In this document: positions 25,683 to 37,277 of the stretch, piece after piece
How positions within the stretch are numbered: the stretch's first letter is position 1
Layout of the letters: every line of letters starts with the position of its first letter
DNA from: Amphiscolops sp. MND2022
Taxonomy: Eukaryota
NCBI GenBank assembly: GCA_964187785.1
Contig: OZ076409.1
Span: 16,122,001 to 16,186,000 of the forward strand
Length of the DNA: 64,000 bases
Reading direction: 5' to 3'
Made by a program: the position numbers and the translations under genes
The notes under the pieces: generated by a model
Databases searched by the model: none
Told to the model about the DNA's origin: nothing
The model's input: only the letters and a program-made list of their open reading frames with translations

Positions 25683-26435
25683 ATGAGTGGTCCCAACGCT
25701 GCATCCAACAACCAGCCACCTGGTACTGTTTCTGCTATGAATGTGTTGAGTGAGCTGAACAGCGAGTTCGTCAAATCGTGGTATGACGTCGCCTGGACCA
25801 ACTTGAACCGGTCCAATGTGATGATGTATTTCACCCAACGATCGAACCCGTTTTACGACAGAAGATCCAACAATGAACTACTGCGTCATCCTCATAACAA
25901 ACCGATCGAACTCCTCAAAACTATGGTTGGTCTTGAATATGATCTCATATACGAGGAACCACCGATTCTTTTTGTCGTGCAAAAAAGACGAAGGCAGTCT
26001 CCAACACATGTAACTCCAATAGCGAATTATTACATCATCGCCGGTGTAGTTTATCGGGCTCCCGATTTAAATCGAATCTTGAGTTCCAGAATTGCGACAG
26101 CATGTGATTACCTGAACGAAGCCTTTCAGGATTTGTCTTCTTCAGTTGCGGAAGAAAATCAATCCTCAGACTCAAATCTAAACATAGCCTCACATAATCA
26201 AACGTCCGTGGGGGGTATCAGATCTATTTCGTCAGAGGTTGAAAAGTTAGAAGAAAGGAGTCGGTTAATAACTTCGTTCCAAACATACAGAGTTGATCAT
26301 TTGTTGAATATAATGGCTCAAACGTATACCCCTTCAAGTGAAGCAGCCGTGAAAACAGAAATCAAAGAACCCACCGATCTTATGGGTCCACCTGAAAACA
26401 AAAGAGGCAGACGCGATTCTCCTTCCAGAAGTTGA
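25683..26435 (+). CDS. MED6: Mediator complex subunit 6 (intronless CDS)
   Basis: SWYD..W...NVMMYFTQRSNPFYDRRSNNE, MVGLEY, PILFVVQK, YYIIAGVVYRAPDL match the MED6 family as I recall it. Confidence 0.92.
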   Translation: MSGPNAASNNQPPGTVSAMNVLSELNSEFVKSWYDVAWTNLNRSNVMMYFTQRSNPFYDRRSNNELLRHPHNKPIELLKTMVGLEYDLIYEEPPILFVVQKRRRQSPTHVTPIANYYIIAGVVYRAPDLNRILSSRIATACDYLNEAFQDLSSSVAEENQSSDSNLNIASHNQTSVGGIRSISSEVEKLEERSRLITSFQTYRVDHLLNIMAQTYTPSSEAAVKTEIKEPTDLMGPPENKRGRRDSPSRS

Positions 26436-27067
26436 CATTCACGATTTTGAGTGCTCGGAAATGATTTTGGAAGAAAGCCGCCCAATTAGAGCGCTTGAAA
26501 TTGACACTCGAGCAGTAAAATTTAATTTATGCTGTAATGCCAAATTATAAGTTCGAGCAAATTGTTTGCCTTGATGTTTCGATGTTTGCATATATTGTCT
26601 TTCTATTGCCTTTTAGTTTAGTCCGAATTCGTCTTTTTTTTCAAACACGGAGACGACTTCCGAGATTGACATCGGAACAAGGTGTAACATTGGAGCTTGA
26701 AAATCAACGGAACTTGGAAAATTTTATACACAGATGATCTGTTCTATAAAAACTAGATGTTTCCTCAATATTTGAATAACAGTTGGGGTCGGCATAGATC
26801 AGCGCTCGCTTCAGGCTGAAAAGTATAAGGACCAAAATAGTATACTGTGATCAACAGATTATCCCCGGACCAAATTTATGTTCGATTTTCTCAATCGGTT
26901 AAAAATTTTGAAAAACAGGAATAAAAGTTTCTTTGAATTTCATCTGGTTTAAAGTATTTTTTGGAAATTTTTGACGAATTAGAATTGACTAATTTTGAGA
27001 AAAATTGGGGCTTTTTGCAGTTTTTTTCCGATTTTAGTCAGTTCTATCCAAGATTCTATCTACAGTA

Positions 27068-27674
27068 CTGTGATTAAGAAAACGTCCCCCGGGGCGATTT
27101 TAGGCTCGATTTTCTCGAAATCTGTTGAGAATTTTGAAAAACATAAATAAAAGTCTTAGAATTTCATCTAGTTTACATTAGTGTTTTTTTAATTTTTCTG
27201 GGACAAAAATTGAGAAAGTTACACTTAACTGATTTTGAGCAAATTTGGGGCTTTTTTCCGTTTTACCAATTTTTGACCGTTTTATCCACAGTTTTTTCGG
27301 CAAGTTTTATGCTCAAATAACTCGCACAAATCTACTGAATCTATGGATATTTTTCGATTTCAAAAATTATCAACCGTTTTTGCAATATCAATGAACGTTT
27401 CGCGGCGAAAAACTGCGATAATTCTTTCATTTAGAATGTTTTTGGAACAAAAACTATATCAGTGAATTCTATACAATCTGCAGAATTCGATGAATTTAAA
27501 ATTTTCAGAAAAATATTTCAAAAACCTGCCTAAAACTGGGAAAATAGCAGAAGTGTTCTTTCTGCGCCGGAGATTTCACTGATGCGCCAATCAGAATTGA
27601 AAGAGAGCAAATACGCAATTCTAATTGGTTGATAACGACGCTTAGCGCATAGGGGGACGATTTCTTAATCACAG
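27068..27674. mobile_element. Tc1/mariner-type MITE, preceded by a diverged partial copy at ~26845-27050
   Basis: TA flanks; 23-bp TIRs CTGTGATTAAGAAA(A/T)CGTCCCCC. Confidence 0.85.
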
Positions 27675-27714
27675 TATTGTATTCAAGGTACAGTACTGTA
27701 CTCTCAGAGAACAC

Positions 27715-29100
27715 TTGAGAGCCGGGTCTGCGTTTTTTTTGCGGCAGATCGTAAAAAACCTTTCAGCAAAAGTCATCGGAATGTTGACTTCAATAGTGTC
27801 GTTTTTACGGAAAACAGTTGTTACACTTGCGATAAGTAAGTGTTATGGGAAAGTGCGGGTGCTTTTTTTTCCGCGCGACAACTCTCTGATTTCACGCGGC
27901 AACTCGCACGTTTCACGCGTTCGTGGTCTAGTGGTAAGATGCTTGCTTTTCAACCCAGAGGTTTCGTGTTCGAACCCGTGGGTATGCGCTGATTTTTTTC
28001 AAGTATTGCGAAGCACAAGGTTCTGACTTTTTTCGGCACTATGAGACTTTTCGGCTTTGTGAGACTTTTTTCGGCTTTGTGAGACTTTTTTTTCGAAATT
28101 TTTCAAATGTCCCCAAAGAGTCCTCCTCTCAGTTTTTTTGATATTTTGCAAGAGAACGAATGTTAAAAATTCCCAAAGGGTCCCTTTTTTCAGAATTTTC
28201 GGCACTGTGCGACTGTTCAAGATTCTAATTTTTTTCAAAAATTTTTTAGACTCCCTTATTTTTTCAAAAATTTTTTAATGTCTCCAAAGCGTCTTCCTTT
28301 CAATTTTTTGATATCTTGCAACAGAACGAATGTTATAAAATCCTAAAGGGTCCCTTTTTACATTTTTCGGCACTATGCGACTTAGCGGAAACTTCAAAAA
28401 AATTCGGAAAATTTTTCTGAATTTTTAGTTTTAAAAGACCGTTTTTTTAAAGACCGATCTTTTTTCTATGCGACTTTTTTTAAAATTTGTTTTCACCGAC
28501 GCTCCTGCTCAATTTTTACAAGAAACGAAACGTTTTGCGAGAGGACTGCTCAAGGCTTTGCGACTTACCGGAGACCATCAAAAATGTTTTCGAAAAATTT
28601 TGAATTTTTTTCTATTTTCTGTAAGGTTTTCCGTTGAGAAAGTGGGTTTTTTGCTGTTTTCAGTTGGGGAAGAATGGTTTTCGAGGCTTACGCGTATCCC
28701 TTCGGGTATTTTTTGGCGCTGTAAAATTGATGAAATTTTAATCTCCTTTTACCCTTGGTTTTCCGTATGATATTGCTTATTTGGTTTTCAAAAGTTCGCA
28801 AGTGTTTGCGAAGCACGGCTTCGCCTCTGTGTTTAAATGGGTCGCCAGTTTCTGCAAATGCCAGCGGCAAGTTTTCTTGACCATTCATCTAGCACTCGGC
28901 TTTCTTTTTAAAGAAATTTCCCTCGTCTTTCGCATGATTTTTTTCTTCGTAACGTCCCAGGAGATGAAATCTGGCATGGGCTATTTTCGCCGCCGCTCCA
29001 AGAGCAGGTTTTCAAAGCAAGTTTTTGGCAATTTGGGACCCAAGAAAACAAAGTATGGTTTCTTAAGTAACTACCTGATAAACAACTTATGGTGATAAGT
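27715..29100 (+). repeat. Long member of the CGGCACT(A/G)TGCGACT interspersed repeat family
   Basis: Multiple ~150-170-bp internal units shared with the HINE copies; ends not resolved. Confidence 0.6.
27917..27988 (+). pseudogene. tRNA-derived (Glu-like) sequence embedded in a repeat
   Basis: A box TGGTCTAGTGG, TTC at the anticodon position, B box GTTCGAACC; stems poorly paired. Confidence 0.55.
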
Positions 29101-30832
29101 TCGAAGTTTTTGTCATGCTACTACTAAGCGAACCATAAAAAGCTGAACGGAAACTTTTCTTTGAGCTCTCAAAGTTTCAAATATTTGTCAACAAATATAT
29201 CAAAACAACACTCAATATTGCACTTCAGCTTGTAAGTCATCCAAAATGACACCTTTTCTCCGAAGGAAATAAATTTTCCCATCAAAAGTGTGAACGAAAG
29301 ACATCTAGACCTTTTCCGAAGATTCGTCTTATTCTTTGGTAAAATGTTGATTACGTAATGAGGAGATGACTGACAAAGAAAGTGAACTATTTTCGGTGTC
29401 TCGTTACCAATATTACAATTTTGAATATTTTGTGAGTTCCGTTTTTTGGTTCACCTAGTGATAGCTTGATCGGAATTCACACTGAGCTGCTAATTCTGTT
29501 TCTTAGCCGAGATTAATTTAGAAATGCTTAAAATTGCGTTAACAAGATTCTTTTTATCGACAAAGATTTAACGATAATCGAAAACAACAAGATTACCGGA
29601 AAAAAATCAAAACCAAGGCGACAGACAACACAGAATTTACCCAACATGGAGACGTGGATTTATTTTACTTCAATGGACACCAAAAATACAAGCAGTTTAG
29701 CGGGAACTCCAACAATTTCGTTCTCAACTTGTTGGAAAAAGTAGAAATAATAATCTCTAGAACCATCAATCAAAATATACCAATGAATTAAAGCAGTACA
29801 GCACAAGACTTAAGCGTTGGTAAGACAGGTCAACGCACTTAATGTTTCAATGGAACATCGCTGAAAACTATCTGAAGTCCCTAATTATCGAAGTAGACAA
29901 AATGACACTGCAAGAAACCTACGAAAGACGAAGGGTAAGTATGGAACATATCAACGGAACATCTCGAAATTAAGTTGTAATCGCGGAACGCTGAGCTGAA
30001 AGGGAACACACCAACCAAGTAGTAGCTAGACTGCGCGAAAAATGTCAAAAAACCAAACGCCAACGAGGCAATATTCAAGAGAACAATTTGGTTCAACTGT
30101 AGGCAATCTGTGAACCCTTACATATTTTCAGAGAAAGACAAAAAAGCCTAGAAAGTGTCACATGGTTCATGCGATCGATATGACCTCTACCGCGGTTCAG
30201 TCAGACAACACTTGCTAGTTGTTGGTATACAAGAAGAAAGTAAAGATATAAAACCTATAACATTTTATGTTCGTTGGGTTTAGATTTTAGATACAAAGCT
30301 GCAATACTAATTTTAGAATTATTTCTGTTTTGTGAGAATACAACTCTCAGCGTCTGTTGGGATAAAGTAATAAATTGACCCAACCCGAAAATTGAGCGAA
30401 AGTAAGACAAATTTGCGAGGACTAATCTGAGTACCGAAAAGACTCGATAAAAGAGGGAAAGAAGAAATCCTCGCGAACAACAATCTTCTACGATAGTAGA
30501 ATAGGACGTGATAAAACTTAGGGGCTTTGAATTAAGTTTTCTTTTATTCATCATTGGGCTCATTTAGAGTGGTTCAGATTGATTGATAAGTCTAAAGTAT
30601 CAATAGCAAAAGCGAAGAAAAAGAAAAGATATACCATCCCGATCAATCTGGGTCTATCCGTTTGTATTTAAAGGAAATCTTTTGACAACTGTTGTTAATT
30701 TCAACCTAATGGTTTGAATGAGGTAAAACGTCAGATGAAGTTTGCATTCGATAACAGTTCGTCAGTTTTCGTTTTCAAAGTTTTCATGCCAAAAACGAAA
30801 TCGAAAGTGGGTGATTTCAGGCTTTCTGTTGA

Positions 30833-31186
30833 AGTAGTAGGAGAAATCCCGATTCGGGCCAACAAAACTCCAAAAATGAAAAGTCCCCAAAACCATTGAT
30901 TTTAAGCACTTTTTAGAAAACAGATCATTAAAATCAGGGGTTTTTCGATTCGGGCCAACCAACAAAAATTTCAAAAGCCTGCAAAGCTTCGCCAATACCC
31001 CCCTTAGAGACGGTGTTCCATACATTCTTCCAAAAACAAATCAGCGCGATAGCTACCGCAGCTTTGCACAAAATTGGCGTTTTTTACCATGAAGCATGAG
31101 ATTCTAACCTCTATGCTAAAACCAATGCAACGCTGGCTTCGCAATGCATTTTCTAATGCAATGTAAGAGCAATGCAATGTAAAAGC
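30833..31186 (+). repeat. Polinton left TIR (~354 bp)
   Basis: Near-identical reverse complement of 45409-45840. Confidence 0.95.
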
Positions 31187-31198
31187 GTCCAAGTAGAA

Positions 31199-31281
31199 CC
31201 AACGTTAATGTACAACCAACGTTAATGTACGGCCAACGTTAATTTACAGCCAACGTTAATGTACAACCAACGTTAATGTAC
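31199..31281 (+). repeat. 17-bp tandem repeat x5 next to the left TIR
   Basis: Unit CCAACGTTAATGTAC(A/G)(A/G). Confidence 0.95.
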
Positions 31282-31380
31282 CGGACTGTGTGCGTAGCTT
31301 CGCGTAATGCAAAATGAATTTCTACCATGCAAAATTCACTTCCGTTCGGAATTAATACAAGTAAAACTAACATTGATTCG

Positions 31381-31640
31381 TCTCCTATAGCTTAGTGGTT
31401 ATAGCATTGACTAAAGTTAAGGCTTCGGCCGGAGTGTTTGGGGTTCACTTCTAACCAACGTCCCCCTGTCTTTGTTATACCTTACATGCTATGGGAGAAC
31501 AATCACCAATGGCACAGTTCTTAAAAAGGATAATCCCTGCTGTGGAAACTCTTAGTGGAACGGACTCCCGATGGGCTTTGAGTTTACCATAGGCATGTCA
31601 ATGCGCGAAGCTGCGGGCATGCCTATGGGTTTTGTATTTT
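31381..31640 (+). ncRNA. Candidate structured, Pol III-type small RNA of the Polinton
   Basis: A-box TAGCTTAGTGG at +8; 11-bp closing stem 31381-31391/31488-31498; C(TTCG)G tetraloop; perfect 11-bp hairpin 31587-31628 followed by T runs. Confidence 0.4.
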
Positions 31641-31661
31641 TCAACTTTTTCATCTTAGTAA

Positions 31662-32465
31662 ATGTATGAAACTCCGTCTCTTCATAAGTTTGGTTATTCT
31701 AGTGAACAGCTAAAACTGAGGGAATATCAGGAGCTAAAAGATATGTTAAAAAGTCAAGAAAAATTAGCCCAAATAACCCATTCCAAATTAAAAGAAGATT
31801 TGCAACGCGAATTTGAAAATGACATAGAAAATCAAGTAGAAGAAAAAATGCTAGACGCGAAGCTGCACCAAACACTAGACCCACAGGAAGTTCAAAATGT
31901 TTTATTAAACACAAAGTTAATGAACGATATTTGTTCCCAGTTTTCAGACCTTTCAAAAACCATAAATAAGTTAGAACAAAGTATGAAAAAATCTTTCGCC
32001 GAACAAAGAACTGCTTTAGTAAATGAGGTACTAAATTTGATACACAACAATAGTTTTGAAATGTTAACACTCCGTAACCTAAAGTTTATGTCAACTCCGG
32101 GTCAAGCTGGAATGATTTTAAATGAAGATGAAATGTATAAACCTTTTAATGGTCTGCACGAGAATAAAATTACTATAACTAAAAACATAATTCAACTACT
32201 TTATGATAAAGGGTTATTTGATTCTTTTCCCAATAAAGATCAAGCATTTGAACAATACCTCACTTTCAGTGAAACCTATATAAAGGAAAAGTATGGAAAA
32301 ATAATACCTACTTCAGATGGTGAATATTACCTGTCTGATTTAGAATTTTCTGCCAGACAATCAATTCTGGAGTCATTGAAAAAAGATTCCTATAAAGACC
32401 TTGTTGATATGAAACATAGAATGAAATTAACACCAATGGAAATAAAATTCATTTTATATGATTAA
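31662..32465 (+). CDS. Polinton hypothetical protein (267 aa, N-terminal coiled coil)
   Basis: Intact ORF with TAAATG start; no recognisable family. Confidence 0.75.
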   Translation: MYETPSLHKFGYSSEQLKLREYQELKDMLKSQEKLAQITHSKLKEDLQREFENDIENQVEEKMLDAKLHQTLDPQEVQNVLLNTKLMNDICSQFSDLSKTINKLEQSMKKSFAEQRTALVNEVLNLIHNNSFEMLTLRNLKFMSTPGQAGMILNEDEMYKPFNGLHENKITITKNIIQLLYDKGLFDSFPNKDQAFEQYLTFSETYIKEKYGKIIPTSDGEYYLSDLEFSARQSILESLKKDSYKDLVDMKHRMKLTPMEIKFILYD

Positions 32466-32477
32466 TATGATTAATAA

Positions 32478-33170
32478 ATGGAACAAAAACTCTATCCCCC
32501 AACAGCTTCACTAATGACCCCCTCCGCACCATATGATGTAGAATCAATGATAAATAAGCAATTGCAAAACGAATTACAAAAAGTAAATAGTTTCAATAAT
32601 TCTATTCAAAACATTAGTCTAATGATGAAATATTATGAATTGGAAGAAAATAAATATAAGAAAAAATACACCAAATACAAGCTAATAAATAACCTAATTA
32701 ACTCCCTCGATGGCATTATAGTGATTGGAACAACTTCAGCATCCGTTACACTAAGTATTACTGGTGTGGGCATGATAGTTGTTCCAATCACTGCAGGAGT
32801 TGGTTGTGCAACTGGTATTCTTGTTAAAATTTGTTCCAGTTATTTGAAGAAAAAAGAGCAAAATTATAAACTTAAGTACGCTCTTATTCAGAAGACACTT
32901 GATGACTTTAGACAACTTTATATCACTAGCCTAAAAGATAATCATATAGATGAAAAAGAATACCAACGATTTGTGACTCAATTTGAAAATTATCGCGTAG
33001 CTTCGCACACAGCTTCACAGGCAGCTTCTCGTGCGACAGCTAACACCAGTTCACAAATTCAAGTAACAAACAAGCGTGATAACATGCGTGATAACAGGCG
33101 TGATAACTTGCGTGAAAACATACGTGATACACCAAAACCAAACAGTTTTTTTATTCAATTTGAACATTAA
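32478..33170 (+). CDS. Polinton membrane-active protein (adintovirus GasderminX-like)
   Basis: Lys-rich helix, hydrophobic Gly-rich hairpin (SVTLSITGVGMIVVPITAGVGCATGILV), then SLKDNHIDEKEY; family assigned from memory. Confidence 0.65.
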   Translation: MEQKLYPPTASLMTPSAPYDVESMINKQLQNELQKVNSFNNSIQNISLMMKYYELEENKYKKKYTKYKLINNLINSLDGIIVIGTTSASVTLSITGVGMIVVPITAGVGCATGILVKICSSYLKKKEQNYKLKYALIQKTLDDFRQLYITSLKDNHIDEKEYQRFVTQFENYRVASHTASQAASRATANTSSQIQVTNKRDNMRDNRRDNLRENIRDTPKPNSFFIQFEH

Positions 33171-33287
33171 TTTGAACATGAATTTTAACATAAAAAAGTA
33201 AAACTTAAACCATAAAATTAAATGAAAAATAACTCCAATTTTAAAGAAATATAAATGCTATTGAATTAATTTTTTTATAATAAAAGA

Positions 33288-36200
33288 ATGGACAACTGTA
33301 GTATTTGCAATTCTGATTATAAAAAAGCTTTCAAGTCTGATCATCTAAAAACAGTAAAACATTTACAAAAATTAAATCAATATTCTTGAAAAAAATGTAA
33401 TACTTTTATGCCATTGTCTGACAAGTCTAGACATCTAAATTCAGATGAACATAAAAACAAAACCAAACAACAACACATTTGGTGTGAAGATTTTGGTAAA
33501 TATATAAGTAATTCAAGACATTTCCAAAGTGAAATTCACACGTTAAGAAGTCAAAACCACCAAATTAATAAAATGCGCGAAGCGTGCCAGCTTTCGCCTT
33601 CAGTACGCAGTCTGGTGTAGACATAATTGTGAATGAAAAAACATACATTAAACTGAGAGTAAATCCAACAAATCATCTTGAAGAACAGATTAATGATTTA
33701 CTAAATAAAAATTACTTTCCCCGATACAAGTTCCAATTGAGTTATTTAGCTAAGTTTTCGAAATATGGTGAAGAAGAAGAAGTTGTATTTCACAAATGGG
33801 TTAAATCAGATTTAAATTACAATCACACAAACCTAAATGTTCATAATTCATTAATGCAGAAATTAGATGATGAACAATTAGAAGGATCAGGTTTTGTGTT
33901 AAACGGTATTGTCAATGTTATATAGAAATATATAAAGTCAATGATATTCAAGCTTCTTCGTGGGTTGAGTAGCCAATAAAATATAAGAATATTAAATCAA
34001 TTATAAATATAAAAAATGATCAATTTTGTTTTCTATGGTGCGTCCTAGCACACCTTTTTCCCGTTGAGGATCATAAAAATAGAACATCAAGTTATTCAAT
34101 GCGCACAAACAAACTCATTTTAAATGGTTTAGAATTCCCCTCGAACGTTAAAGATATTCCCAAGTTTGAAAACTTAGATAATTTAAACGTAAATGTTTTT
34201 GAACTCACAAATAGTGTGCTAACACCAATTCATTTTAATAAAGATTACTTACAACCACAAATTGACTTGCTGCTATTTGAAAATCATAATTGCGTAATAA
34301 CAAAGTTGCATTGCCTACTAAAAAAAGATTCACACATGAAATGGGTGTGTAGAAGTTGTCTAACAGCATTTAGTTCTGAGGATATTCTCAATCAACACAT
34401 TGACCGTTGTCAAAAACAGCAACCAACTAATATCACATTCAGTTGGAAGGATCATTTAAAGTTCGAAGATTATCATATAAAAGTTCCCGTACCAATAAGA
34501 GTATATGCAGATTTCGAATGTATTAATCAACCCGCAGAGCTTCGCACAGATATCCCCAAAGGTGACCGCAAAGCTGCGCCCAAAGTATTATATAAACAAA
34601 TTCCAATTGCAGTAGGATTTTATCTAATTTCACCATTTGGCAATAATAACAGCTCATACTTTGGAGTATATTGTGTAACATGGTTTGTGAATGAAATGTT
34701 GACTTTAGAAGAATTGGCATCGGAATATTTCGAAACTAATATTCCTCTTGAAATAACCCCCGAAGAAGAAGAATCATTTCAACAATCCAAAGTGTGTTGG
34801 ATGTGTGAGAATCCACTCGGTGATGGCGAAGCTACGCGCGAAGCTACGCAAAAAGTTAGAGACCACGATCTTCTTACAGGCAAGTACCGAGGAGCAGCTC
34901 ACAACAAATGCAATCGAAATTGTAAACAAAAGTCAAGTTTGTTTGTTCCCATATTTTTCCACAATTTTAGTGGTTATGATTGCCACCTAATTTTTGAAGA
35001 ACTCTTAACACAAGCTTACAAAATGGGGTGTGAACCAAAAATTATCCCAAAGTCAATGGAAGTCTATATAAGTGTGCAAGTAGGTTGTTTAAGGTTTTTG
35101 GACTCATACCGTTTTCTAAATAGTAGTTTGGACAAACTAATGAAGAGTATGCAAAGCGGTGCAAATAATTTTCCCATCATGACACTAGAAGGGATGAGTG
35201 ATGAATTATTTAAAAAGAAATTGGCTTATCCTTATGAATACTTTACACACAATAATTTTCAAGAACCATTAAATCTAAGTCCACAAGACTTTTGGTCAAC
35301 ACTAAAACAAACAACTCCAAGTCTTGAAGAAATTAACCGAACACAATAAATTATTAAAAAGTTTAACGTAAAGAACGGACAAGAATTAACGGAATTGTAC
35401 CTCAAAATGGATTATCTACAATTAGCTGAATTATTCGAAAACTTTTTCGAGAAGGCTACACTTGAATACAACATTAATCCTTTGTACTCCTTTTCTCTAC
35501 CTGGGTATACATGGAAAGCTGGTTTAAAACCTACTATCATTAAATTAGATTTCATAAAAGATAAAGACCTACTATTACTACTTGAAAATAATATTCGTGG
35601 AGGAATTTCAAGTGTAATGGGACCTCGTTACATTGAGTCAGACACCAACACTAAATTACTGTACATTGATGCAAATAATCTTTATGGATGGGCAATGAGT
35701 CAATACCTTCCTACTGGAGACTTTAAAAAGATGCGGAGCTTCGCAAAGTTCGGTTGTGACAATGATGAATTACTTATAGATGAAATTAAAGAAGACATTT
35801 TGAATACACCAGATGACTGTGCTTATGGATACTTTATAGAATGTGATTTAGAAAATCCAGCAGAAATTAAAGAAAAAACTGAAAACTTTCCACTTTGTCC
35901 TTATCAAACAAAAGCAGATCCAGACTTATCCTCAGGTTATATGAACAGTGTAAAACAACCCAACTACAAACCAACCAAGAAACTTTTGTGTGACCTAACA
36001 AACAAATATAATTATATGATGCACTACAGGATGTTCAAGTTTTACACGAATTTGGGGATGAAAGTAACACACATTCGTACAATCTACAGATTCAAACAAT
36101 CACTTTGGTTAGAAAAATACATTAATCATAACACACAAAAACGCACCAAAGCAAAAACAAACTTCGAAAAAGATCTGTACAAATTGATGAACAACGCTTT

Positions 36201-37119
36201 CTTTGGTAGGACTATGGAAAATGTAAGAGAAAGAGTTAACTTAGAGATTATCCCCCACACCAATATTGATCAAATAATTAAAAGACAATCCAAGTTAAGC
36301 TTTAAAGGTATTGTAAATCATTACTCCGAATTCAGCGTTTATGAATATGAAAAAGAAAAGACAGTCTTTGATAAACCAATTTACTTGGGATTCTCTGTTT
36401 TAGAACTGAGTAAATTGTTAATATATGAGTTTTATTGTCACAAATTACAACCATACCACAGTTCGAGTGTCAAACTGCATTACATGGATACAGACTCATT
36501 CATTCTAAGTATTAAAACTGGAGACCTTATAAATGATTTGGAATACTTCAAAGATGATTTTGATTTCAGCGAGCTCGACGAAAATCATGAGTTGTATGAT
36601 ACTATTAACAAGAAAGTTATAGATAAAATGAAAATAGAAACATCACCAATTATTGAATTAGACAACTTCGTAGCTTTGAGATCTAAATCATATTCTTTTA
36701 GTTACAAAAATGCGCAAAATACAGTTCAGAAGTCAAAACAAAAAGGAATACAAAATACACCACCCTACACACAGTTTTTAAATTCATTATTTAATTCTGA
36801 AACGACAACTGCAACTAATTATTCTATCCGTTCGGATGCTCACAGTTTAACTGTTCAGAAACAAAACAACCTAGCTTTGAATTCTTTTGGTGACAAGCGT
36901 GTGTACTTAAATCCAATACAAAGTTTATCATGGGATAAACACGTACAAAGTGGTGATTGTCCTTGTATATATTGTTTGAAATTAGTGAGTTTGTATTATA
37001 AAGAATTAAATGATGGATTGAGTGATGAAGAAATATACTATAACATTTGGACTCTGAAACAAAAATTGAATCATCAACAGCTTTTAAATCTGATAATTGA
37101 TCGGGCACATCTTTTATAA
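33288..37119 (+). pseudogene. Protein-primed family B DNA polymerase (pPolB), disrupted
   Basis: Exo YADFE, FHNFSGYD, YLKMD; Pol YIDANNLYG, KLMNNAFFG, YMDTDSF; endonuclease VII-like RDHD..TGKYRGAAHNKCN; lesions at ~33387, ~33600, ~33925, ~33970 and 35347. Confidence 0.93.
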
Positions 37120-37277
37120 TTATAATTTGTGTGAAATCAATATTTAGATACTTTATTATTATCATCATTTCATAAAAGGATAGTCTTAAAAATTTATCAT
37201 TTTATAGAAAGACAGTATTATAAATATCATCATTATTTTATAAATTTATTATTACATTCAGTATTATAAAATGAGTA

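Noticed and set aside
27715..29095. Short K/F-rich ORFs here and at 48076-52486
   Set aside because: Lie within non-coding interspersed repeats
31381..31460. Canonical tRNA gene
   Set aside because: A box present, but no 7-nt anticodon loop, proper T arm or 7-bp acceptor at tRNA spacing; kept only as an ncRNA candidate
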